The notes under the pieces were generated by a model. The model worked only from the letters and a program-made list of their open reading frames with translations, was not told where the DNA came from and ran no database searches. Below, in pieces: positions 9,161-16,535 of a stretch of 24,000 nucleotides of DNA; the stretch's first letter is position 1; every line of letters begins with the position of its first letter. Location of the stretch: contig NZ_CP150304.1 in NCBI RefSeq assembly GCF_037992945.1, positions 500,816 to 524,815 on the forward strand. Reading direction: 5' to 3'. Position numbers and translations under genes: made by a program. The DNA is from Peribacillus sp. FSL E2-0218. GTDB lineage: Bacteria; Bacillota; Bacilli; Bacillales; DSM-1321.

Positions 9161-9325
9161 AGGTTTTTGCCTGAAGCTTAATAGTAGTCTAAATATGCCC
9201 CTTTCGTCAATTTGTAAAGAATGGTTATTGCACGACCTAGCTCCATGTAGGCCAAACGGAATTTTGATTTCTTGCATGGAAGGATGATATTATTTTTATA
9301 GAGAAGTAGAAGGAGTGAGAGTGAC

Positions 9326-9823
9326 GTGTCAATTGAAAGTGTCAAACATCATTTTAAAAAATGGAATCGAGAAGGCGAAGTGATGGAGTTCGAAACATCA
9401 AGCGCTACGGTTTATGAGGCAGCGGATACCATTGGTGTGATTCCTGCGCGGATCGCTAAGACCCTATCCTTCAGGGGGGAAGGTGACAAGGCGATTTTGG
9501 TTGTAGCGGCCGGGGATGCAAAAGTCGATAATAAGAAATTTCGCCAGTCATTCGGTTTCAAGGCAAGGATGCTGGCTCCTGATGAAGTGCTCCAACAGAC
9601 TGGGCATGCTATCGGCGGCGTTTGCCCATTTGGACTGGCCAACGAGCTGGACGTTTTTCTCGATGTATCAATGAAGCGGTTTGAGTCGATATTTCCCGCT
9701 TGCGGCAGTACGAATTCTGCCATAAAGCTTACACTTGCTGAATTATTGGAATATTCAGGCGCTGAGGGGTGGGTTGATGTGTGTAAGGATTGGGAAGAAG
9801 TGATAATCGAGGAAAAAGGTTAG
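9326..9823 (+). CDS. YbaK/EbsC-type aminoacyl-tRNA deacylase (prolyl-tRNA editing domain family)
   Basis: 165 aa. The pattern …ARIAKTLSFRGEGDKAILVVAAGDAKVDNKKF…GHAIGGVCPFGL… is typical of the YbaK/ProX editing fold. GTG start with AGGAG 10 nt upstream. Confidence 0.7.
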   Translation: MSIESVKHHFKKWNREGEVMEFETSSATVYEAADTIGVIPARIAKTLSFRGEGDKAILVVAAGDAKVDNKKFRQSFGFKARMLAPDEVLQQTGHAIGGVCPFGLANELDVFLDVSMKRFESIFPACGSTNSAIKLTLAELLEYSGAEGWVDVCKDWEEVIIEEKG

Positions 9824-9953
9824 GAACGGCTGTTATTTTATGAAACGGAAAGATTCGCATCAGTTGGAAATCGCTCGATTACAGAAAAATAACCTGTGAA
9901 ATCGCCCCAGCTGAAGATGCTCGTGAAGAAATCCCCTAAATGGAGCGTGAAGG

Positions 9954-10766
9954 ATGTTAACCGGAAGCCATCGAAAAAACAATAGCAGCTACCTTAGTCT
10001 AAAAACTCTTTATGAAGAAAACATCACGGTCAAGAGTATAGCCCAAGAGCTTGAAGCCTGTCACAAAAATGATGAAGCGCTGGATATACGTAATGCGCTG
10101 GAAAAAAAGAATTTCGATATCATGGCTGTGCAAGATCAAGGGGACATCATCGGATATATCGAAAGGCACGAGCTTGGTGAAGGAAGGATTTCGAGGTATT
10201 TGAGACACTTTTCACCAAGGGAGCTTGTTTCGGACTCAACCCCCTTGATTCAGCTTCTTCATATTTTCAAGAAAAAAACAAGGGTGTTCGTGCTGGAGAA
10301 CAACTCAATCAAAAAGTTGATTACCCATGCTGACCTTCAAAAGCCGCCTATCAGGATGCTGATATTCGGCTATATCACCCTATTGGAAATGAGGCTGAGC
10401 GATATCATTTTGCATCGATTCGGCGATGGCGGCTGGCACTCCATGATAAGCGAGGACCGTCTGGAAAAGGCAACCGAATTATATCGGCGCCGAATCGATA
10501 AAAATGAAGACATCAATATAATAGAGTGTCTGCAAATCAGTGATAAGTTCGATATTATCCATAAAGATCAGGAAATGAGGCGCTTTTTTCAAATCCCTTC
10601 AAAAAGTAAGGGGAGGAAGGATGCGAATGCGATCCGGAAATTGCGGGATAAGATTTCGCATGCCAATGAATTGGGGCTGGACATGTCCTGGATGGAAATC
10701 ATTGAAGTGGTCGAATGCTGCGGTCAGCTGCTCGAAATATCCGAATCCTATCAGTACGAGAAGTAA
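9954..10766 (+). CDS. CBS-pair protein with C-terminal helical domain carrying an Rx4H (HEPN-like) motif
   Basis: There are two CBS-like units (…FDIMAVQDQGDIIGYIERHEL… and …TRVFVLENNSIKKLITHADLQK…). They are followed by about 140 aa of helical sequence ending in AIRKLRDKISHANELG (R-DKIS-H = Rx4H). Monocistronic, with its own terminator. Confidence 0.55.
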   Translation: MLTGSHRKNNSSYLSLKTLYEENITVKSIAQELEACHKNDEALDIRNALEKKNFDIMAVQDQGDIIGYIERHELGEGRISRYLRHFSPRELVSDSTPLIQLLHIFKKKTRVFVLENNSIKKLITHADLQKPPIRMLIFGYITLLEMRLSDIILHRFGDGGWHSMISEDRLEKATELYRRRIDKNEDINIIECLQISDKFDIIHKDQEMRRFFQIPSKSKGRKDANAIRKLRDKISHANELGLDMSWMEIIEVVECCGQLLEISESYQYEK

Positions 10767-10797
10767 GAACCAGGCATCCATACTGGTTCTTTTTTTG
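10766..10797 (+). terminator. Rho-independent terminator
   Basis: agaaccag (10766-10773) / ctggttct (10783-10790) form an 8-bp stem, followed by a T-run extending to 10796. Confidence 0.8.
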
Positions 10798-10814
10798 TTT
10801 TTGGTACTTCAATC

Positions 10815-10846
10815 AAGAGAGAAAGCTGCCTATATTTAGGCAGCTT
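10815..10846 (-). terminator. Possible terminator of the DUF3892-like gene
   Basis: aagctgcc (10823-10830) / ggcagctt (10839-10846) form an 8-bp stem. The minus-strand trailer is only moderately U-rich (UUCUCUCU). Confidence 0.45.
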
Positions 10847-10856
10847 CCCCAAGGTA

Positions 10857-11153
10857 TTAAAACTCTGGCAGTTGGTCGAGATTATTTTCCTTGATGCCAT
10901 CAGGCTCACTCCGCAATATGTCACGTCCATATTTATGAAAGACATCAACATTGGCAAGCTGACCTGCCTTCGCCTCGGAAAGGGCAGTAGGGTAGTCAAG
11001 TTCGCGGCCGGAATTCGTCTTGATGGCAATGATATTGTCATCATCATTTTTCCTGACAGCAATGATTTCTTCCTTTCCAGTTGAATCAGGCTGATTTGCT
11101 TGCGGTGTACCCTGCTGTTTATAGGATTCATAGGCTTTTTCAAATTGGACCAT
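10857..11153 (-). CDS. DUF3892-like small protein
   Basis: 98 aa. The core IIAVRKNDDDNIIAIKTNSGRELDYPTALSEAKAG and the C-terminal …LRSEPDGIKENNLDQLPEF resemble the DUF3892 pattern (…DG…NNL..LP.F). I chose it over the overlapping alternative-frame ORF 10751-11164. Confidence 0.5.
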   Translation of the reverse strand: MVQFEKAYESYKQQGTPQANQPDSTGKEEIIAVRKNDDDNIIAIKTNSGRELDYPTALSEAKAGQLANVDVFHKYGRDILRSEPDGIKENNLDQLPEF

Positions 11154-11401
11154 GTTTTTGACACCTCCTATGTATAGGGTGAACTAATTGTTCTGCAATA
11201 TACAAACCTCATCCAGCTACGCTGTCGACGTATGTAAATACTGAATGTGGTACTTTTTGCATGATTCGATAATCCTGTAAATTTCTTTATTCTGGTAAAA
11301 AGCTACTTTCGTCATGGCTGAATAGGGATGAACCTACCTATTTAGATATCTTTTGCTATTGTAAAATTATGGAGTGGAACTATGAAACTGGGAGGCAATC
11401 T

Positions 11402-12799
11402 ATGAAAAAACAATTTCTATCATTTACACTAATCGCTGGAATGGTCCTTCATCCATCAGGGACAGTCCCTGCGTTGGCAGCAACACATCCTGCTCCGGCG
11501 CATCATGCTGCATCCGCAGATAAGCAGGTCGTTAAAAGGATCGATGTCGAAAAAATCTACAGAAATATTGATTACCTCTCCAAAACACCTCGAGTGGCCG
11601 GTACTGAATCAGAGTACAAGGCCGTCCAGTTCATCAAAAAGCAATTCAAATCATACGGCTATAAAGCCAATATCGAAAAGTTCAATTTTTTATCCTATAC
11701 GGATCCAAATCGGGTTGAGCTATCCATTGGCGGCTTTGATGGGGAAATCAAGCCAAACCATTTAACTTATTCAGTGAATGGAAATCCATCCGGTGAACTG
11801 GTATATGCCGGCCTAGGAACGAAGGAAGAGCTTGAAAAAGCAAGTGTCACAGGGAAAATTGCCCTTATCCAAAGAGGCAGTCTCACTTTTGCAGAGAAGG
11901 TACTGAACGCGGCAGAAAAAGGCGCGGCGGGTGTCATCCTGTACAATAATGCAGATGGCGAATTGAATGGAACCCTCGGAGGGGACAATGATCAGTATAT
12001 TCCTTCTGTCACGATCACGAAAAAAGATGGAGAGGCCCTGCTGGAAAAAATGAAGGCAGGAGGCAATTTGACCGCTTCATTAAAAATCGAAGGGGCTCAT
12101 ACTGGAGAAAAAACCTCTTATAACGTGGTGGCCATGAAAAAGGCTACCAAGAACATGAAAGCTAAAAAAAGCGATATCATTTATATCACAGGTCATCATG
12201 ATTCCGTCGCTGGAGCACCGGGAGCGAATGATGACGCATCGGGAACGTCTGTCACACTTGAACTTGCCCGGGTATTGAAGAATCTTCCCGCTGATACGGA
12301 AATCCGCTTCGTTACCTTCGGCGCCGAGGAGAATGGTCTGCTAGGTTCGCAGCATTATGTCGGGAACCTCCCTGAGGAGGAGATCAAGCGGACGATCGCC
12401 AACTTCAACCTCGATATGGTTGGAAGCAGGGACGCTGGAGATTTGGTGATTTTAAGTAATGATGGCGAAATGAATCTTGTGACCAATCTGGCTCAGGCAT
12501 CAAGTGCCAGGCTGAATGGGACGCCTACTCCTTATGGGCAAGGCGGCCGAAGTGACCATGTATCCTTCGCCGAGGCTGGGATTCCCGCGGCCTTATTCAT
12601 CCACAGTCCTTCAGAACCTTGGTATCATACTCCTGATGATACCATTGATAAGATCTCTAAGGAAAAGCTTCAAGATGTTGCTGAAATCGTCGGCACTGCT
12701 GTCTATGACCAAGCAAAAATTGAAAAGAAAAAAACATTTCCACCTCAAGGGAAAAAGGTGAAAGCACCGGATTTAGCTGAAGAGAAAGAATTCAAGTAA
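11402..12799 (+). CDS. Secreted M28-family aminopeptidase with PA (protease-associated) domain
   Basis: Signal peptide MKKQFLSFTLIAGMVLHPSGTVPALA. The PA insert reads …GKIALIQRGSLTFAEKVLNAAEKGAAGVILYNN…. Zn-ligand contexts are HHDSVAGAPGANDDASG, GAEENGLLGS, NLDMVGS and SDHVSF. I prefer the ATG at 11402 (GGGAGG SD) over the track start at 11369. Confidence 0.85.
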   Translation: MKKQFLSFTLIAGMVLHPSGTVPALAATHPAPAHHAASADKQVVKRIDVEKIYRNIDYLSKTPRVAGTESEYKAVQFIKKQFKSYGYKANIEKFNFLSYTDPNRVELSIGGFDGEIKPNHLTYSVNGNPSGELVYAGLGTKEELEKASVTGKIALIQRGSLTFAEKVLNAAEKGAAGVILYNNADGELNGTLGGDNDQYIPSVTITKKDGEALLEKMKAGGNLTASLKIEGAHTGEKTSYNVVAMKKATKNMKAKKSDIIYITGHHDSVAGAPGANDDASGTSVTLELARVLKNLPADTEIRFVTFGAEENGLLGSQHYVGNLPEEEIKRTIANFNLDMVGSRDAGDLVILSNDGEMNLVTNLAQASSARLNGTPTPYGQGGRSDHVSFAEAGIPAALFIHSPSEPWYHTPDDTIDKISKEKLQDVAEIVGTAVYDQAKIEKKKTFPPQGKKVKAPDLAEEKEFK

Positions 12800-12828
12800 G
12801 GAAGATGTACGAAGGGTAAGTTTTTTAG

Positions 12829-12853
12829 GGTGCATCCTGCACCCCTTTTTTTA
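12829..12853 (+). terminator. Rho-independent terminator
   Basis: gggtgca (12829-12835) / tgcaccc (12839-12845), followed by a T7 run. Confidence 0.8.
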
Positions 12854-13040
12854 TGTTTAAAAATGGAAAATTAGGGGTAATAAGCCTAGGTTGGAACTGC
12901 TTTTATATGGGTGTAATTTCCTAATGTTCGAGCTTAAATAGCTTATTTATCCCTATTTAACTGTAAGACTATAATCCTTATAATAAAAAATATGAAAAAT
13001 ATGACAGTGATGAAGAATGATTTTTTGAGGTGATTACGAA

Positions 13041-13466
13041 TTGCATGCAAATTCTTTAAGGGAGATTCACTCGGCCATCTCGGGCAGAATGTCGGATGTG
13101 AGTGAAAAAATCAATCGCTTGGAGCAGGCTAAACGACAAATCAATGAAGAACAAGATATATGCTTGGGAGAAATCAGGAAAATAATACATCCGGAATTGG
13201 CAGGAAGCTGGACGGGAAATCGAGCCGATGATTTCCAAGATGCCCGCAGCGATGCGTACAAGGCCATGTCTACGATCATTCATGCTGATTATGACGACTA
13301 TCAAGAGAAAATCGAAGGAAAAATCACAATGCTGAATATAGAGAAAACAGCTTTGAGTGCAGCAGGCACCATAGCCCATGAAGCGGATGCCCTTTTGGAA
13401 AAAGGAGAAGCCGTCATTGATCAATTGGAAAGTAAACTATCATATTTAAAAGGGTGGTTGTTTTAA
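13041..13466 (+). CDS. YwqH-like (DUF5082-type) helical LXG-toxin helper protein
   Basis: 141 aa, all-helical heptad-like sequence with the …WTGNRADDFQDAR… motif seen in B. subtilis YwqH. TTG start with GAGGTG SD 7 nt upstream. Its stop overlaps the next start (TAATG). First gene of the LXG operon. Confidence 0.7.
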   Translation: MHANSLREIHSAISGRMSDVSEKINRLEQAKRQINEEQDICLGEIRKIIHPELAGSWTGNRADDFQDARSDAYKAMSTIIHADYDDYQEKIEGKITMLNIEKTALSAAGTIAHEADALLEKGEAVIDQLESKLSYLKGWLF

Positions 13467-13753
13467 TGACGACAATCAAGCTGAATCATCCTGCCGTAAC
13501 GAAGCAGGTCGATCAGGTAAAGACGGCCCTTGGTGGCGTCAGTCTTGGACATGTACCAGCAGGAGAGCTTGGCAGCAATAAATTGGAATTTACCTCGAAG
13601 TGGATGGATCGGGAAACGAACCTTGAGAAGGTTTTCGAACAATATATTAAAATCGTCCAAAAAAATGTCGAAGATACCCGGGCCAATATCGATTTATTAA
13701 AAGAGCAGGATGAAGCCATCGCCCATACTTCACATGGGTATCCTGCGAGATGA
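13466..13753 (+). CDS. YwqI-like / TIGR04197 (SACOL2603)-type small T7SS helper protein
   Basis: 95 aa from the ATG at 13466 (the track start at 13454 lies inside the upstream gene). The …GSNKLEF… and …LLKEQDEAIA pattern matches the YwqI family. Its stop overlaps the LXG start (ATGA). Confidence 0.65.
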   Translation: MTTIKLNHPAVTKQVDQVKTALGGVSLGHVPAGELGSNKLEFTSKWMDRETNLEKVFEQYIKIVQKNVEDTRANIDLLKEQDEAIAHTSHGYPAR

Positions 13754-15720
13754 AAATATACGAAGCCGAGAGCTTGCAGGACGCAACCAAGTCACGCGCC
13801 AAGCAATATGAAGAGTTAAAGAAGCAAATCAATGCCCTGAAGAAGGAATTTCAGGGGATCGTCGCCCTAGATCACGAGTTTCAAGGAGCCGGTGCTGCCG
13901 CCATCAAAAGCTTCTATGAAGCGCAGATCGACGTGGCGGACGCCTGGATTGAGCTATTCACGACGCAAATCAGTTTTTTGGAGGGCATTCCTGCCACTCT
14001 CGAAGATGCGGACCTCTCCGGTAATACGGTGGTGGAGGTTCCTTTTTTAGATGGGGAGGTTTCGAATGGCATCAAGCAAGCGAAGTCGCTTGTCGATGAA
14101 CAAGCAAGCGATCTTAGCAGAATCCTGAACAGTATTGATGATATCCTACCTCTGGATATGTTCGACCAAAAGGATTTTAATGAAAAAATCACGCTGGCCG
14201 GGCATAGACTGGATGACACCGTGACAAAGGTAGAGAATGTCGACCGGCAATTGGTCGAGGAGTATGAAGTGTCTGTCGGGCAGGAAAACGTGGCGGTTGG
14301 CCTTTTCCGTGCCTTGCTTGATGCGACCAAACAGGACGGCACCATTTCGCCGATGACGTTCAACCAAACAGCCTTCAAGAATAGTGAAGTCTATCAAGTG
14401 AAGGATGAAGTCGCCGGTCAGATGAAGGAGTACCAGACCTTCAAAAAGGAACAAGCCGAAGCCAAGGAAATCGAACAAGAAATGGAAGAACTCGAAAACC
14501 GCCCATGGTACGAAAAAGCCTGGGATACGACAAAAACCTTTACAGGGGAATTTACGGGATATTATGATTCAATCAGGGCAACGACCGGGGTCGATCCAGT
14601 CACGGGCCGCAAGCTGTCCGATGCCGAACGAATCGCCGCAGGCGCCATGGCGGCCGCTGGGTTCATCCCCGTCGTCGGCTGGGCCGGACGGGCCATCAAG
14701 GGCGGCAGTGCCATCTACAAAACGGCCAAAGGACTGAACGCCGCGAATCACGCACTCGACGCTTACAAATCGACAAAGGGCTTTAGCCTTCTCCAGAAAT
14801 CCGAATACGGGATATACGGACTCCTCGCCGCCAACGGCCTTGGCGAAGCCGCCACAGGCAAAGACATGTTCGGCAACCAGCTAACCGAGGAACAGCGCCA
14901 GAACGGCCTCTTGATGGCACTGGGAATCGGCAGTGTGGCTGGTGCAGCCAAAGTCGCCGATAAAGTAGCAAGTGGTACAAAGTTCATCCCTTACAGCAAG
15001 GAATTTGCGCAGAAGCAGGTTCAGAAGGTTCAAGCTTTCGGCAGGGAAATCGGCAAGGTGGAAGTTCCTCTCCGGATTAGGGTCGAAGAATTAGCGACGG
15101 CGTATGGATACAACTATAAATATGTCACTTTTGATAATACTACGGTTAAGGATATCGTGCAGAAGTTTACGGTTAAGAGTGATGGTGGTAAGGGTACAGG
15201 CAAAGTAGTGCTTGCAAAGGAATCCATTGAAATTACAAAAGTGGAGTATGGAAAGCATTATACAAGAGAGCGGATGAAGAAAGTTTTAAAACCGAATATT
15301 GAATATACATCCCCTGGTGGTCACGTATATAAAACAGACGAAAAGGGTCGTATAACAAGTGTAGAAGGTTCTCTCGACTTAGGTAGTGGTAAACGAAACA
15401 ATTATGCTCAGCGAATTGCTGGAAGGGAAGACCGCTTGCCGGATGATCAAGGGGGCCACTTAATCGCCAGCATATTTAAAGGGTCTGGTCATCTAGACAA
15501 CCTTGTTCCTATGAATGCAAACCTGAATATGGGAGAATGGAAAAAACTCGAAATATCTTGGGCAAAAGCTTTAGACAGTAATCCTCCTAAAACAGTAGAA
15601 GTGAAAATTTATCCTGTGTATGAGGGAAATTCAACTCGACCTACAAGTTTCGACATAGAGTATAAAATTGACGATGGCCGTTGGGATTTAAGAACATTTG
15701 AAAATAGAGCAGGGGGATAA
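13750..15720 (+). CDS. T7SS LXG-domain polymorphic toxin with PT-TG-like pre-toxin region and C-terminal beta-beta-alpha-Me (Endonuclease_NS_2 / EsaD-YeeF-type) nuclease
   Basis: N-terminal LXG domain (MKIYEAESL…LDHEFQGAGAAAIKSFYEAQ…). A Gly/Ala-rich region contains VDPVTGRKLSDAERIAAGAMAAAGFIPVVG (PT-TG-like). The C-terminus reads …RLPDDQGGHLIASIFKGSGHLDNLVPMNANLNMGEWKKLE… with a candidate catalytic His at 15457-15459. Confidence 0.9.
   Translation: MKIYEAESLQDATKSRAKQYEELKKQINALKKEFQGIVALDHEFQGAGAAAIKSFYEAQIDVADAWIELFTTQISFLEGIPATLEDADLSGNTVVEVPFLDGEVSNGIKQAKSLVDEQASDLSRILNSIDDILPLDMFDQKDFNEKITLAGHRLDDTVTKVENVDRQLVEEYEVSVGQENVAVGLFRALLDATKQDGTISPMTFNQTAFKNSEVYQVKDEVAGQMKEYQTFKKEQAEAKEIEQEMEELENRPWYEKAWDTTKTFTGEFTGYYDSIRATTGVDPVTGRKLSDAERIAAGAMAAAGFIPVVGWAGRAIKGGSAIYKTAKGLNAANHALDAYKSTKGFSLLQKSEYGIYGLLAANGLGEAATGKDMFGNQLTEEQRQNGLLMALGIGSVAGAAKVADKVASGTKFIPYSKEFAQKQVQKVQAFGREIGKVEVPLRIRVEELATAYGYNYKYVTFDNTTVKDIVQKFTVKSDGGKGTGKVVLAKESIEITKVEYGKHYTRERMKKVLKPNIEYTSPGGHVYKTDEKGRITSVEGSLDLGSGKRNNYAQRIAGREDRLPDDQGGHLIASIFKGSGHLDNLVPMNANLNMGEWKKLEISWAKALDSNPPKTVEVKIYPVYEGNSTRPTSFDIEYKIDDGRWDLRTFENRAGG
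14969..15033. repeat. 65-nt homology segment, copy 1 (inside the LXG gene, encodes SGTKFIPYSKEFAQKQVQKVQ)
   Basis: 63/65 identical to 16378-16442 (mismatches at 15004 and 15012), aligned by hand. Both copies are in the coding frame. Confidence 0.9.
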
Positions 15721-15723
15721 AAA

Positions 15724-16191
15724 ATGAATGAATCAAAACTAAATGAATATTATCAGAAAATAGCTCAAACAGTAAATGAGATGATTCCAGAAGAATGGAG
15801 TAAAGTTATTTTGTATGGAGAAGTTAATGAGGGGACAGGGACTGCGTTCTTTTTCTATCAGTCTAATATTAATGATAAACTCATATATAGTCACGATATC
15901 CCTGAATTACATAGTATTAGTAGAATAGAGTATAGAGATACTTGGCGGAGGTTAATAAAGGTTTTAAAAGAATTATCAGATGAATTTAAAGATAATAATC
16001 AAGAACAATGGACCAATTTAACTTTTACTTTAGAAAGTACTGGGGAATTTAAAGTTGACTATGATTATGAAGATTTATCAAATGCAGATGATCACGAAAG
16101 AAGGGTTATTTGGGAATATACTCGTTTGGGTCTTTTACCTGAAACTGAATATGATAAGAGTATTTTAGAAGAATACCTCAAGAAAGAATAA
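15724..16191 (+). CDS. YezG/EsaG-family (DUF600) immunity protein
   Basis: 155 aa starting 3 nt after the toxin stop. Motifs …IPEEWSKVILYGEV…FFFYQ…, …WTNLTFTLESTGEFKVDYDYEDL… and …YTRLGLLPETEYDK… match the DUF600 pattern of YezG/EsaG, the known partners of EsaD/YeeF-type nucleases. Confidence 0.8.
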   Translation: MNESKLNEYYQKIAQTVNEMIPEEWSKVILYGEVNEGTGTAFFFYQSNINDKLIYSHDIPELHSISRIEYRDTWRRLIKVLKELSDEFKDNNQEQWTNLTFTLESTGEFKVDYDYEDLSNADDHERRVIWEYTRLGLLPETEYDKSILEEYLKKE

Positions 16192-16222
16192 TGGAGGATA
16201 AAAAAAGCTTGTTTTTTTGTAT

Positions 16223-16251
16223 GACCTTAACGGTAAAGTTAAGGTCTTTTC
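16223..16251 (+). terminator. Rho-independent terminator closing the expressed toxin-immunity operon
   Basis: gaccttaac (16223-16231) / gttaaggtc (16238-16246) form a perfect 9-bp stem with loop ggtaaa, followed by TTTT. Confidence 0.7.
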
Positions 16252-16377
16252 ATTGTAGAAATAGCATATGTATTGTTTTAAGTTATATCGGGCTTCTCAT
16301 ATAAAAGGCCGTTAGTTCTAAAAAAGATATATAGATAAGAATATGGATTTACTGACCTCAGACATCGTGATTAAATA

Positions 16378-16442
16378 CAAGTGGTACAAAGTTCATCCCT
16401 TACAGCAAGGAAATTGCGCAAAAGCAGGTTCAGAAGGTTCAA
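16378..16442. repeat. 65-nt homology segment, copy 2 (5' edge of the orphan toxin cassette)
   Basis: 63/65 identical to 14969-15033. It begins 7 nt after the stop codon (16368-16370) that opens the orphan reading frame. Confidence 0.9.
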
Positions 16443-16535
16443 ACTACAATAACAGACATTGCGAGATCTGGAAAAGCCACGTTAAAAAATATAGGTGAAG
16501 AACTAGGTAAAAAAGAAATCCCTAAACGGATAAGT

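Noticed and set aside
10751-11164. 137-aa minus-strand ORF overlapping the DUF3892-like gene in another frame
   Set aside because: The 98-aa frame (10857-11153) has a recognisable domain pattern and a sensible stop before the terminator. The 137-aa frame reads through the intergenic terminators and has odd composition.
12940-12985. Sigma-A promoter for the LXG operon (TATAAT at 12970-12975 and 12979-12984)
   Set aside because: Both -10 hexamers are perfect, but neither has a convincing -35 at 16-18 nt spacing (ttatcc / tttaac). In AT-rich DNA this is too weak to call as a feature.
13914-14987. Several 60-154-aa minus-strand ORFs inside the LXG gene
   Set aside because: They are antisense open frames, which are typical of the locally GC-rich coding sequence. 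The plus-strand frame has clear LXG/PT-TG homology.
16343-16504. 53-codon ORF (MDLLTSDIVIKYKWYKVHP…) crossing the 65-nt repeat
   Set aside because: It reads the homology handle out of frame relative to the LXG gene, whereas the other frame reproduces the LXG peptide exactly. No SD, so it is spurious.
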